A DNA stretch of 64,000 nucleotides from an uncultured Pseudomonadota bacterium (GCA_903844895.1 CAIMVM010000330.1:9255-73254); one strand, 5' to 3'; positions 9,395 to 19,533 are shown, numbered from the stretch's first letter. Numbers and translations: made by a program. Notes: generated by a model from the sequence alone, not told the origin.

Positions 9395-9965
9395 CCAAAA
9401 AGGTTAAGGTCCACTTCGCTAAATATCTTGTATGGAAAGACTTCTATCTATCGCCGAGACTTTTTTTCATGAAGGTGGACTTAACTGATAGACTTTAAAG
9501 AAATACAAATGACAAAATCAGAGAAAATCTCTTCGCAATTTATAACTTCTGGAGATTTTTAAAAGATAGAGGAAATTCAGCAGTTGCGAGTCAAAAAATG
9601 AAGCTTAACTAGATTTTCCATGCGGCTTTTGCTTTTTTTATGCCCTTAATAGCTGAAATTGCATGCAGGTCTGAACTTAGGGTCTACGAATGCCTTGGAA
9701 ATATAACTAAAGCCACAAACTAGAAGCGAGAGTGCGAGATTCGTAACTAACTAAAAACAATAAAGTTTTGCGCATAAATTGCTTTTTTAAAAAACGACAG
9801 TGCTATCAATCCGTAATGGCGCGGTTAGCGATTGGTGAATTCTATATAAGATCCGGCTGTTCTCGGCTTGCAACCCAAAGGGAGGCTTTTACCTATAGTA
9901 TAGGTTAAAGATTTTCCTGGGGGTACCGATTCACCTATAGATAAACAACTGAAGAGGTTTTCACT

Positions 9966-10169
9966 ATGACTAAGATAGTACTATTTTTCGGCTTTTTTCT
10001 AGCATCAATGATTTCATGCGCAGGCGGAGATGTTAGTGTGGGCAATGATGGGGGCTCGCTGCCTTTAAATCAAGTAGAGGCACTTCAGTATAAGCAAGCA
10101 TTGCATCGCTGCTTTAAAACTGGTGGCACGCGCATTGTTAAGATTAATGGCTATCTTCAGTGCTACTAG
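9966..10169 (+). CDS. small Cys-rich putative lipoprotein
   Basis: 67 aa with a hydrophobic leader ending in a lipobox-like SMISC. The mature part contains further Cys residues. Confidence 0.5.
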   Translation: MTKIVLFFGFFLASMISCAGGDVSVGNDGGSLPLNQVEALQYKQALHRCFKTGGTRIVKINGYLQCY

Positions 10170-10573
10170 GGAAATAGCTCAATAATTTTTATTTTTCTCA
10201 GATGCTATAGTGTCTGGCTTCGATGTGCGCAAATTTTAAGAGAGCCTCATGTTGAGAATTTCGTTTTGGCAACTAGAAGTTCTACTTTGTCTCTGGATGG
10301 GAAATGAATTTTAGAAAACGGAATAAGGAATGCTTTTGCCATTGTGAAGCTCTAAAGGTTCGGGAATGAATCAGCTCTAGTTGAGTTTTCGTCAAAAATC
10401 ATAAAGTGACTTTCAAAGCAACTTCGCCTCTACAAAGTCAATCTTCTCATTATAAATCCGGCAGTGCACCTGCAAAAAGAAACACCAGAATTCCTATCCT
10501 ATCCTGACTATCTACCTCTGGTGTTCTCCAGTATCTCTAGCAATCTCTTTGAAAAAAAGCTTGGCGCAAATTC

Positions 10574-11503
10574 TCAAACGTGCAAAACACTTCCAGCAAT
10601 TTCTTCTGAACGTTCCCAAAGTTTTTTTGCTAAATCTAGATTTTTAGCGAGCTTGCTCGGAGTCGCTACGTTGCTGTCGGCGAAGTATTGACCATTCATT
10701 CCTGTGCATGATGGATGAGCAGCCACAAAGCACTGGGTAGCGGCACCCTCTGCTATAGTCTTAAGGAATACTGGATCAGCCATCTTGAGTAGAACATTGA
10801 TTAGAAACGGGTTCATGCTTCGTCCTAAGTTGGTTCGAATGACTCCCGGGTGAATGGCATTTGCAGTCTTATTTGTACCCTCAAACCTTCTGGCCAATTC
10901 CTTGGCGAATAGAAGATTGGCGAGTTTAGATTGCCCGTAGGCCCTCCAAGGGGAGTAACTAAGATTCCCATCTAAGTTGTCAAACTCGATGCCATCTTTA
11001 GGTGCGGCTTGATGTGCCTCACTGCTGAGAATCACAACTCGACCGTGATCCGTTAATTGATCCAGCAGGCCAGTTACTAGGATAAAATGTCCGATGTGAT
11101 TTGTGAAAAATTGAAGTTCATAGCCATGCTTTTTTTGTAAATTTGGAAGTGCCATGATGCCGGCATTGGCAATAATAGTATCAACATTAGTCCCATTTGC
11201 TTTAATTTGAGCGATACATTCTCGAATTGAGCTGGGCTCTGAAAGTTCGCAGGCAAGTGCGGTCGTCTCCCCCTCTACAGATCTAGTGGCAGCATTGGCT
11301 TTTTCTAAAGTTCGTGCAGTCCCAATTACGTGTGCTCCTCGCTTACAAAGAACTTTCATGGTCTCCAGCCCTAAGCCAGAGTTGCATCCTGTAACCAATA
11401 TAGTTTTACCGGTCAGTGACAGACCTTCAGTAACATCTTCCGCTGTTGACCTATACCCAAAACCGGATATTCCATTTCTTCTAAGCATTCCATATAACGA
11501 CAT
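10574..11503 (-). CDS. short-chain dehydrogenase/reductase (retinol-dehydrogenase-like SDR)
   Basis: Has the TGCNSGLGLET NAD(P)-binding motif and a YGQSK catalytic YxxxK. Confidence 0.85.
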   Translation of the reverse strand: MSLYGMLRRNGISGFGYRSTAEDVTEGLSLTGKTILVTGCNSGLGLETMKVLCKRGAHVIGTARTLEKANAATRSVEGETTALACELSEPSSIRECIAQIKANGTNVDTIIANAGIMALPNLQKKHGYELQFFTNHIGHFILVTGLLDQLTDHGRVVILSSEAHQAAPKDGIEFDNLDGNLSYSPWRAYGQSKLANLLFAKELARRFEGTNKTANAIHPGVIRTNLGRSMNPFLINVLLKMADPVFLKTIAEGAATQCFVAAHPSCTGMNGQYFADSNVATPSKLAKNLDLAKKLWERSEEIAGSVLHV

Positions 11504-11801
11504 CGTGCATTCTTTCCTTCAAGACGTAGTTCTTTAATTTACTCAATTGACCGTAAGTGCCCAAAAATGCTGATTTCACGCATCTAAATCAAATTCCTTC
11601 AAATAATTTGGTTTAGAGGTCCTATGATCATACTAGAGAATGATGAACAGGGCTATACTTGAACCTCGGGTCTAACTTCATTCTGATCTATAGAAGTGTG
11701 TAGGAACCAGCTCCCTGCGCTATTATCAGCCTACATCGCAACCAGTCGATTCTGCTAATTGGTGGCGGGAAGGCGAAGATGCTGAGTTCAAGGAGGAAAT
11801 A

Positions 11802-11954
11802 GTGGTCGCAAAAACGGTTAGAATTTTAGACCTGATCGGTTTTGGGGTTCAGTTAGATCTAGGCTCTGCATGTACACAACACAAAGTGCCCAGCTTTCTT
11901 CGACCTAAAATTGCTGCTAACCCACATTTAAGAAAAACTAATGAAAATAAATAG
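11802..11954 (+). CDS. possible small protein (50 aa), below the ORF-track cut-off
   Basis: A GTG at 11802 lies 5 nt after a textbook AAGGAGG (11790-11796). The frame is open from 11694 to the TAG at 11952. No similarity recognised. Confidence 0.3.
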   Translation: MVAKTVRILDLIGFGVQLDLGSACTQHKVPSFLRPKIAANPHLRKTNENK

Positions 11955-12076
11955 ATAAGGATAAGGTGCCAGTATTATAAAAATGAGCTTGATTTAATTG
12001 CCTTCGATTTGCCTAATTTCCATGTGGCGCTTCACAACACATTCAATGTGTCTTATGAGCCTAATATCGAAGTCTG

Positions 12077-12121
12077 AAAAAAAATTCAAACGGGAGCTTT
12101 AAACCTCCGTTTTGAATTTTT
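12077..12121 (-). terminator. Rho-independent (bidirectional-looking) terminator after the 12137 gene
   Basis: A TTCAAACGGGAG / CTCCGTTTTGAA hairpin is flanked by A8 on the plus strand (T8 on the minus strand) and by T5. It starts 16 nt beyond the stop codon. Confidence 0.6.
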
Positions 12122-12136
12122 AAGTTGAAGATTCAG

Positions 12137-12856
12137 TTATCTGGATCTGTAGGCTGATACAGTAACTTCAAACTCAGCGCGGCAGCCCCTCGTGACATAG
12201 ATTTCATCGCGATTGAAAAAATAAGATACTCCTTGAATACAGGCTGAACTAGATAAGGTTCTAAGCAATCTTGCGGTTCTTAATCCCGGCACATAACAAT
12301 TATCTGGCAGGAAGTTATGAGACTCACAAATTACCCGATAGACTTGTGTCGAGTCCGCTGGGTAGCCCGGATCGGGATATGCGGTCCGTCCTAGCTTAAC
12401 TCGGATAGCGTCTAAGCGCGCTTCCCCTTGCAGAAGAACTTGTAGCCGGCCCACAGTCGGACCCATAAGTTGAAATTGAACCTGATCATTCCTATTGCGG
12501 CTATCATATCCCCGATTTGTCAGATATTGTATAGAGCTACGAAATGAGTCCGCTTCTAGCCAAACCGCGGTTGGACTCATGTTTAGCGATCTACCGATGA
12601 CAGTGACCGACTGAATATTGTCCAATTTGGACGCCCTTATCTGGCAAGCATCCACCAACAATCTTTTTAACGGAAGCCTTTCAGGGCCTGATCTAGATAA
12701 AATAGTCTCACCATGAAACTTTAGCGTATAAGAATCATTTTGACGCTCGATACAAACGGGGTTCAAAGGCTGGGAAAAGCTCATTGTCGCCCCAAAGAAA
12801 ATTCCCATCATCATGCAAGTGCTTGTCATCCTAAAAGCATTTTTCAAAGTCTTCAT
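12137..12856 (-). CDS. secreted protein with DUF3011-like C-terminal domain
   Basis: Has a signal peptide and a GGAGGA SD. The C-terminal pattern CESHNFLPDNCYV...LSSSACIQGVSYFFNRDEIYVTRGCRAEFEV resembles the DUF3011 Cys pattern as I recall it. Confidence 0.65.
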   Translation of the reverse strand: MKTLKNAFRMTSTCMMMGIFFGATMSFSQPLNPVCIERQNDSYTLKFHGETILSRSGPERLPLKRLLVDACQIRASKLDNIQSVTVIGRSLNMSPTAVWLEADSFRSSIQYLTNRGYDSRNRNDQVQFQLMGPTVGRLQVLLQGEARLDAIRVKLGRTAYPDPGYPADSTQVYRVICESHNFLPDNCYVPGLRTARLLRTLSSSACIQGVSYFFNRDEIYVTRGCRAEFEVTVSAYRSR

Positions 12857-14003
12857 AATACATCCTCCATCAATGATTTGATTTCACTCTACTGCATTTT
12901 TACCGTGTTTATGGTCTCGCCGACGTGACTTAAACAATACTAATGAGCCTGAAGCAAATCGAGTGCCAATATCGCTCTCTGTTGGTGGCTCGCTCCCGTT
13001 CCTTTTGAAACTTAGCTGCAGTTTTTTGCTTCTTGAGGTGGATTGAAACTGGATAGACAACGGCGAATTGATAAATTGTGCCGTTCCTATAAAGGTAATT
13101 CAGCAAAAGTATTCCATTAAAATTTTTATTTTTAGGATCGATGCAAAAGAACTCCGCAACTCAAACCAAGCTAGCTTTTAAAACAGTGGCTAGCTTTTTG
13201 GAGATTGCCTTCTATTATTAGACCCCAGAGACAGAAGAAATCTTTGCTTTCGTGATAGGTTAAAGTCGTATATCAAGCTAAGTGCCTCCCAATTGTAGGA
13301 AATCCCGCTGTTCCTAGAGGGGGCATCAGCCTCTCATTGGAACGAGTGTTTTTGAGGTTCTAGATTTTCTCTTCTATCTTTAGAACAATATTATTGCGAT
13401 AGGGAGAGTTGGAGGTAAAGACGCCGCACCATTTCCCTAATTGGGAACATGGAGGAGGCGAGGTGGCGCTTAGTTTCTTAATAGATCTCACTGTTGTAAT
13501 GAGTGCAGGGATGTATGTTTTGATAAACTGCTTTATGTGGTAGTTTACTTGACTTGGCTCTGTGATCTCAAGGAGCTCACAGGACGGGGGCCTTGGGAGA
13601 TTTATTCCGCAGTATTTCAGGTGGAGTAGAGCCAGGGTGTCAATTGTGGAGTTGGCCTGAAGACAAAAACACCGTTGGTCTTCCTCCGGCGGATTTTCTG
13701 TATCGTAGCCTCATTTTGAGTCGATTCTAGACACTGTCTCGCCCACAGAGGGCGAAGAGGTGGCCAGGTCCCTCAATATAAGGGTTATGACGTTCAATTT
13801 TGATTGCCCAATAATTTGGGGAATCTCAAATTGAGTTCCCCTCTTTCATGGGCTGTCGGTATTATGCCTTTTGGTTACCAAAAACTATTAGTTTTTCCTT
13901 TTAAATGCACTCGCACAACACCTTTTGGATTTGTGGTATTCGCAGCAAATATGAATTGAATAAATTCAAGAGACGTCTATAATAGCTAAAATTCAAAAAG
14001 GAT

Positions 14004-14423
14004 ATGTATAGAATTATGAAATTATACTTTCCCTTGATAGTTGTTGGTTTTTCCATATTTCCTGGATGTATCCAGCTTCACAGTGTTCAAGTTGGAGATA
14101 TTGTTGGTTCAGGTAAAAAGCTGACAGTTGAAGTTTCCGATGTGGGAATCGATATGGATAAATCTTTAAAGTTGGCCGGAAGGCTGACAAACAAAAATGA
14201 GGGAGCTGAGAAGCTGAGCTCCATTGTTTCACTTTTTCAATATGGTCCTCGAACTGGAAATTTAGTTTATCGCCCACAACTTTGGACGAATATTTCACCC
14301 GATTTGCTTGCACAGTGCCCGAATGGAACGGTTAACGGACTTGTTTCCACGAGAGAGTTTAGAAATTTTAATTTTGTTTCGACAGAAACGGCGAGAGTCA
14401 CAGGATATTGCACAGGAGAATAG
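14004..14423 (+). CDS. small lipoprotein, paralog 1 of 3
   Basis: Lipobox FPGC. The C-terminal CPNGTVNGL...VTGYC pattern is shared with the next two ORFs. Confidence 0.65.
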   Translation: MYRIMKLYFPLIVVGFSIFPGCIQLHSVQVGDIVGSGKKLTVEVSDVGIDMDKSLKLAGRLTNKNEGAEKLSSIVSLFQYGPRTGNLVYRPQLWTNISPDLLAQCPNGTVNGLVSTREFRNFNFVSTETARVTGYCTGE

Positions 14424-14425
14424 AA

Positions 14426-14770
14426 ATGCGGATGCTCCCATTTAGTTTTTTATTATTAGTCGGCTGTGCTTCACTTAAAAGTGTATCGCTAACCTCGATT
14501 CCTAAAAAAAGAAAGACTAAGGTAACGGCGAGCGTGTCAAAATGGGTGCTCTTGGGCATTAATTTTGACAACGACTACGTTGAGGGATTGACTTCCAAAT
14601 TGCGATCTGATTGCAGTGGAAAAGTCACGGGTATTTTAACAACCTATCAAGCGACTAGTTATCTGTTTGTTTCAAAGCATGAAATTACTGCTGCTGGTTT
14701 TTGTGTTAATCAGGAGAACGGATCTTCCGCACGTGCTGGAGTAGACTCTTCAGAGGATATTAAACTATGA
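14426..14770 (+). CDS. small lipoprotein, paralog 2 of 3 (Bor/Iss-like pattern)
   Basis: The ATG at 14426 follows an AGGAGA (14414-14419) and lies 2 nt after the previous stop; the ORF track start at 14408 is a TTG. Has lipobox LLVGC and a DNDYVE...CSGKVTGI...AAGFC pattern. Confidence 0.7.
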   Translation: MRMLPFSFLLLVGCASLKSVSLTSIPKKRKTKVTASVSKWVLLGINFDNDYVEGLTSKLRSDCSGKVTGILTTYQATSYLFVSKHEITAAGFCVNQENGSSARAGVDSSEDIKL

Positions 14771-15075
14771 AATCGCTCCTTTTTCTTCTTTTTCTACTAA
14801 ATTTTACGGGATGCGCCTATAGCGTTCACCAATATGCAGCCATTGATTTTTCCGGTTTAACTGGGAAAAATGCCACAAAGATTTCGGCTACCGGCGAGAA
14901 AAAATATATAATCATGAAAACTGACAATGACTTTGTAGAGCTAGCCTATAGAAATTTGATGGATAAGTGTAATGGCGGCACGATATCTGGCATTACCACT
15001 AAATATTACACAGCTCTTGGCTTTTTTTCCTTTGATGAAAAATTAGAATTAGAAGGTTATTGCATAAAAAACTAG
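14767..15075 (+). CDS. small lipoprotein, paralog 3 of 3 (Bor/Iss-like pattern)
   Basis: Overlaps the previous stop in an ATGA junction. Has lipobox FTGC and a DNDFVE...CNGGTISGI...EGYC pattern. Confidence 0.7.
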   Translation: MKSLLFLLFLLNFTGCAYSVHQYAAIDFSGLTGKNATKISATGEKKYIIMKTDNDFVELAYRNLMDKCNGGTISGITTKYYTALGFFSFDEKLELEGYCIKN

Positions 15076-15431
15076 CTAAAGGTTTTGGTTGGGTACAGCG
15101 CAATTTTCATGTTTCCTGACGGTCCTTTTATGAAGCCAAAGGGCGAGGGAGGAATACCTACCTTGGAAAACGGACTTCCGGGCAATAGAAATTAAAACTT
15201 ATTGACGCAATTTATGTTCACTAGAAGGCTTTCCTGGATGTTTCCCGTTACAACTGTCTTGAACATGCGGGTGATGGAGCTGTTTTTGAAATACTGAAGG
15301 CTGTCCATTTTAATGGGAGTCATTAAAAGATAGGCTAGGATTTCTAAACCCTCACCGCGAGATGTATGTTAAATGACGTGTTTAGGGAACTAGAGCGTCG
15401 CGCTAATTCCTATATGGAATCTTCTTCACCT

Positions 15432-15881
15432 TCATAAAAGCAGCTTTGCTTGAATAAATAGGGCGAGTGCGCCTGCAATAACACCGGCAATCATATCATC
15501 TCCAATGGTTCCTAAAGGGCCATGGATTTTTTTGTCGAACCAGCCTATCGGGCCAGGTTTTAAAATGTCAAAGAATCGGAAAAGACAAAATGCGATGGCT
15601 AGGGTTAAGAGTTTGGGTTCAATCCACAAAACTGCGATCGCTTGGCCGATTACTTCATCAATCACAATTTCTGAGGGATCGTGTGAGTCGAGTTGGCGTT
15701 CCACTTTCTCAATAGCAATATAGGCAGCTATCGTGATCACGGCCAGGATGGCGACACTGGTCAAAAGCGAAAATCGACTCAAAGCCACGCCTAGAAAAAG
15801 GCCAGGAATGGACCCAAATGTTCCCGGAGCCTTTCTTATAAATCCAATTCCAAAACAAGATGTGTAGAGTCTATATATCAT
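15432..15881 (-). CDS. pgpA: phosphatidylglycerophosphatase A
   Basis: Has the GFIRKAPGTFGS motif and the membrane profile typical of PgpA. It overlaps the BCCP stop by 4 nt. Confidence 0.85.
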   Translation of the reverse strand: MIYRLYTSCFGIGFIRKAPGTFGSIPGLFLGVALSRFSLLTSVAILAVITIAAYIAIEKVERQLDSHDPSEIVIDEVIGQAIAVLWIEPKLLTLAIAFCLFRFFDILKPGPIGWFDKKIHGPLGTIGDDMIAGVIAGALALFIQAKLLL

Positions 15882-16429
15882 TTGAGTGACATCAACTCAT
15901 TGCCCGCCATGACGCTTTGGCCTTCGTTTACTTTAATTTGACTTATGATTCCAGCTGACGGTGCAAATATTTTATTTTCCATTTTCATAGCTTCTACGAT
16001 GAATAGAATCGTGCCTTTTTCGGCATGGTCTCCCTCCTTTACGAGGATCTTCAAAACTTTGCCGGTGATGGGGGAGCGAATTGTGGAACTTTTCCCTACT
16101 TTTGAGAGCTCGCGATTTTCTTGGCCTGGTGCATAACGTTGGGCACTTGTTTGGATAAGGTGGCCATGGATACCCGCTATTTCAAGTTCAAATTTCGTTT
16201 CGAGTTCTCCCGGAAAACTTGTGCTCCTGATACTTCGTAGAGAAATAGGACGTTCTACTGCAAAGCCTTGTGAGTTACTTTCAAGGATAAAAAGGGTTTT
16301 TCCTTCTCGGTCCCACCGTAACGTTTTTGATTTTCCGTCTATTTGAGCTTCAAAAACACGGCCAGCTACAATTTGTGACGGAAGATCAACAATATGTGTC
16401 TTCGTCTTTGCTTTAATCTGCCACTTCAT
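15878..16429 (-). CDS. biotin carboxyl carrier protein subunit of an acyl-CoA carboxylase
   Basis: The C-terminal biotinyl domain carries the EAMKMEN biotinylation motif. There is a 4-nt overlap with the biotin carboxylase gene. Confidence 0.85.
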   Translation of the reverse strand: MKWQIKAKTKTHIVDLPSQIVAGRVFEAQIDGKSKTLRWDREGKTLFILESNSQGFAVERPISLRSIRSTSFPGELETKFELEIAGIHGHLIQTSAQRYAPGQENRELSKVGKSSTIRSPITGKVLKILVKEGDHAEKGTILFIVEAMKMENKIFAPSAGIISQIKVNEGQSVMAGNELMSLK

Positions 16430-17949
16430 AATGATTTCCTTCCTACGTTTTCAAGGCGTGATGTTATAGCCCAAGGGGTATCATCTTTGACTAGGAGGTG
16501 ACTTTCCGATTGAAACTTAGACGCTGCCAATACAGCCGTCAGTATAGCTAGATCTTTATCAGAGGTCTTGCCTTCCCCTTTTTCATAAGCTTCAGCAAAC
16601 CAAGATTCTGTTTCCTCAATAAATCTAGTGGTGACATCACTTTTTATAAATCTTGGATGTTGAAGGAGGGCTTCATGAAACTTAATCGTTGTAGGTATGC
16701 CTTCAATTTCAAAATCGTTAAGTGCTCTTCGAAGTCTTTGCAGGGCTTCTTCTCGAGTCTCTCCCCAAACAATGAGTTTGGCTACCATAGAGTCGTAAAA
16801 AGGAGGGATTTCATAACCTTGATAGAGGTGCGTATCCACTCGGACAAAAGGGCCAGAGGGGAATCGAATGTTTTTAACTATCCCTGGCGCTGGCAAAAAG
16901 CCATGTTGAGGGTCTTCAGCATTGATGCGCGCTTCGATAGCATGTCCGTGAATTCTGAGTTCGGACTGTGATTTCGGAAGGCTTTCTCCCTGAGCTACTT
17001 TAATCATGAGCTTGATCAGGTCGATTCCCGTAATCCATTCGGTTACCGGATGTTCGACTTGAATTCTCGTATTCATTTCCATGAAATAGCATTTGTCTGG
17101 AGATTCACATATAAATTCAATGGTCCCTGCACCGGAATATCCTGCAGCTAACCCCGCTTGTATTCCGATTTCACATAACCGATTTCGCTGTGCATCGGAC
17201 AAATAAATGCTAGGAGCTTCCTCAATTAGTTTTTGATGCCGTCTTTGAATCGTACAATCTCTTTCAAATAAGGCAATGCCATGTCCGTTGTTATCGAACA
17301 TGACTTGGATTTCAATATGACGAGGATGTTCAATATAGCGTTCGCAGAAAACGGCTGGATTGCCAAAGTAGGCAATGGCCTCTCTTGTGCAAGCTTCAAA
17401 GGCTTCCTTTAATTCCTCATCTTTTCGGACGATTCGCATGCCGCGACCACCGCCACCTGCTGCTGCCTTTAAGATAAGGGGGTAGTCTAATTCGTGGGCG
17501 ACATGTTTCAAATCGTTGACACTTTCTAGGGGGCGCGCGAGTCCTGGTACCATAGGTACGCCATTTTTAGTCATCAGCTCGCGCGCTTTTATCTTGTCTC
17601 CTAGTTTTTTCATGGCAGAGGAAGAGGGTCCAATAAAGGTGACGCCTTCCATTGCCTCAACAGCGTCTACAAACAAAGAGTTTTCAGACAGAAAACCATA
17701 TCCAGGATGGACTGCATCGGCCCCTGTGGCTTTAATAGCGGCGATAATTTTTTCTATGTTTAAATAGCTTTCAGCGGCCGTGGAACCTGAAATCCCAATC
17801 GCATAATCGGCCATTTTTACATGTAAACTTGAGCGATCTGGCTCTGAGTAGATGGCAATCGACTCTATTTCCATTTCTCGAAGCGCTCTGATAATGCGAA
17901 CCGCGATTTCACCTCGATTCGCAATTAAGACTTTTTTGAATTTTTTCAA
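16426..17949 (-). CDS. biotin carboxylase subunit (ATP-grasp)
   Basis: Has KVLIANRGEIAVRI, GYGFLSEN and the full BC/ATP-grasp layout. The ORF track extends to 18030, which overlaps the upstream gene. The TTG at 17949 (LKKFKKVLIANRGE) has a GAGG 9 nt upstream and avoids that overlap. Confidence 0.9.
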   Translation of the reverse strand: MKKFKKVLIANRGEIAVRIIRALREMEIESIAIYSEPDRSSLHVKMADYAIGISGSTAAESYLNIEKIIAAIKATGADAVHPGYGFLSENSLFVDAVEAMEGVTFIGPSSSAMKKLGDKIKARELMTKNGVPMVPGLARPLESVNDLKHVAHELDYPLILKAAAGGGGRGMRIVRKDEELKEAFEACTREAIAYFGNPAVFCERYIEHPRHIEIQVMFDNNGHGIALFERDCTIQRRHQKLIEEAPSIYLSDAQRNRLCEIGIQAGLAAGYSGAGTIEFICESPDKCYFMEMNTRIQVEHPVTEWITGIDLIKLMIKVAQGESLPKSQSELRIHGHAIEARINAEDPQHGFLPAPGIVKNIRFPSGPFVRVDTHLYQGYEIPPFYDSMVAKLIVWGETREEALQRLRRALNDFEIEGIPTTIKFHEALLQHPRFIKSDVTTRFIEETESWFAEAYEKGEGKTSDKDLAILTAVLAASKFQSESHLLVKDDTPWAITSRLENVGRKSL

Positions 17950-17959
17950 AAGAAGAACC

Positions 17960-19525
17960 TCATAGTGGAATGTTACCGTGTTTACGTTTAGGTGCGTTGA
18001 CTCGCTTTCCTTTGCAGGATTTGAGACCATTAATTAAGAAGGACCTGGTTTCTTCAGGGAAAATGACCGCATCAATATACCCTCTTTCAGCAGCTGCATA
18101 AGGAGTGGCAAACTTAGCAGAGTACTCGTCTACGATTCGCTTTCGTTCAAGTAACGGATCTTTGGCAGCAGCGATTTCTTTTTTGAAAATGATATTACAA
18201 GCGCCCTCGGCACCCATTACGGCGATCTCTGCCCGTGGCCATGCCAAGTTGAGATCAGCTCCGATATGCTTTGAGGCCATAACGTCATAAGCACCGCCAT
18301 AGGCTTTTCGGGTAATCACTGTCAGTAAAGGGACGGTAGCTTCACAATAGGCATAAAGAAGTTTAGCGCCATGTAAAATGATTCCGCCTTTTTCTTGGTC
18401 TGTCCCTGGCAAGAAACCTGGAACATCCACAAAGGTCACGATAGGAATGTTAAAAGAATCACAAAACCTCACAAAGCGAGAGGCTTTGAGCGAGGCTTTA
18501 ATATCTAAAACACCTGCCATATGATCGGGATTATTTGCCACAAGTCCAATGGGAGAACCGCCTAAGCGTGCAAAGCCAGTCACGATATTCGGGGCAAAAT
18601 GTTCTTTCATTTCCCAAAAAGACTCAGGATCTACCACGCACTCAATCACTTCTTTGATATTGTAGGGTTGATTGGAGTTGCTTGGTACAATCGTCTGAAT
18701 TTTCTTCTGCGCCTGTTCTAGAGTGCCTTTAAAGCTGGGCTCGAGCTCAGGATTTGCTGCCGAAGGTGGTGCATCAAGATTATTGGAAGGGATATAAGAC
18801 AAAAAGGTTTTAGCTGCTTGTAAAATTTCAGCCTCTGATGGAAATCTTTTGTCTACAACGCCACTTTGGCTGCAGTGGGTCTGGGCACCGCCGAGTTCGT
18901 CAAAGGTGACCTCTTCACCCGTAACGGCTTTAATGACATCTGGGCCCGTAATGAACATGTGGCTTGTGTCGTCTACCATAAAAATAAAATCAGTCATGGC
19001 TGGCGAGTATACAGCCCCTCCTGCGCAGGGACCTAAAATCAAAGATAGCTGAGGGATGACACCACTGGCCTGGACATTTTGATAAAAAATGTCAGCGTAG
19101 CCGCCTAAGCTTGCGACGCCTTCATGAATTCTCGCTCCACCAGAGTCATTGAGACCAATGAAAGGAGCCCCATTTTGGAGTGCCAGTTTCATGACTTTAA
19201 CAATTTTTTTGGCATAAGAGGCGGAAAGGCTTCCGCCGTGGACTGTGAAATCTTGACTAAATAAGTATATGAGGCGGCCATCAATGGTTCCCCAACCGGT
19301 AACCACGCCGTCACCTAAAAATTTCTCTTTTTCCATATTAAAGTCATGGCAGTCATGAACCACAAACGCATCAAGCTCGACAAAAGAACCGGGATCCAAC
19401 AGCAGATCAATGCGCTCGCGGGCAGTCATTTTTGATCTTTTATGCTGGGCCGCAACTCGTTTTTCTCCCCCGCCTAGCATGGACTCTTTGCGGAGTTGCG
19501 TCAATTTTTCATCAGGATTCAACAT
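17960..19525 (-). CDS. acyl-CoA carboxylase carboxyltransferase subunit (propionyl-CoA carboxylase beta / methylmalonyl-CoA carboxyltransferase family)
   Basis: 521 aa with typical carboxyl-transferase blocks: [32 protein letters not shown] and AYGGAYDVM. Confidence 0.9.
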   Translation of the reverse strand: MLNPDEKLTQLRKESMLGGGEKRVAAQHKRSKMTARERIDLLLDPGSFVELDAFVVHDCHDFNMEKEKFLGDGVVTGWGTIDGRLIYLFSQDFTVHGGSLSASYAKKIVKVMKLALQNGAPFIGLNDSGGARIHEGVASLGGYADIFYQNVQASGVIPQLSLILGPCAGGAVYSPAMTDFIFMVDDTSHMFITGPDVIKAVTGEEVTFDELGGAQTHCSQSGVVDKRFPSEAEILQAAKTFLSYIPSNNLDAPPSAANPELEPSFKGTLEQAQKKIQTIVPSNSNQPYNIKEVIECVVDPESFWEMKEHFAPNIVTGFARLGGSPIGLVANNPDHMAGVLDIKASLKASRFVRFCDSFNIPIVTFVDVPGFLPGTDQEKGGIILHGAKLLYAYCEATVPLLTVITRKAYGGAYDVMASKHIGADLNLAWPRAEIAVMGAEGACNIIFKKEIAAAKDPLLERKRIVDEYSAKFATPYAAAERGYIDAVIFPEETRSFLINGLKSCKGKRVNAPKRKHGNIPL

Positions 19526-19533
19526 CTTTCACC

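Noticed and set aside
9221-9472. 83-aa ORF spanning the 14-bp tandem repeat.
   Set aside because: The frame is kept open by the repeat itself. The 14-bp unit cycles through all three frames, the product is a repetitive PTIFFQQSSSNN string, and no SD is present.
9834-9935. Possible structured leader upstream of the small lipoprotein gene. GGTGAAT (9834-9840) pairs with ATTCACC (9929-9935), and there is an internal ACCTATA-g-TATAGGT hairpin.
   Set aside because: There are only 7 bp of closing helix, the internal pairing is weak, and I recognised no known riboswitch motif. The evidence is insufficient without covariation.
17950-18030. N-terminal extension of the biotin carboxylase ORF, which overlaps the carboxyltransferase gene by 71 nt.
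   Set aside because: The extension ([27 protein letters not shown]) precedes the universally N-terminal KVLIANRGEIA motif and overlaps the upstream coding region. The TTG at 17949 with a GAGG SD is a better start.
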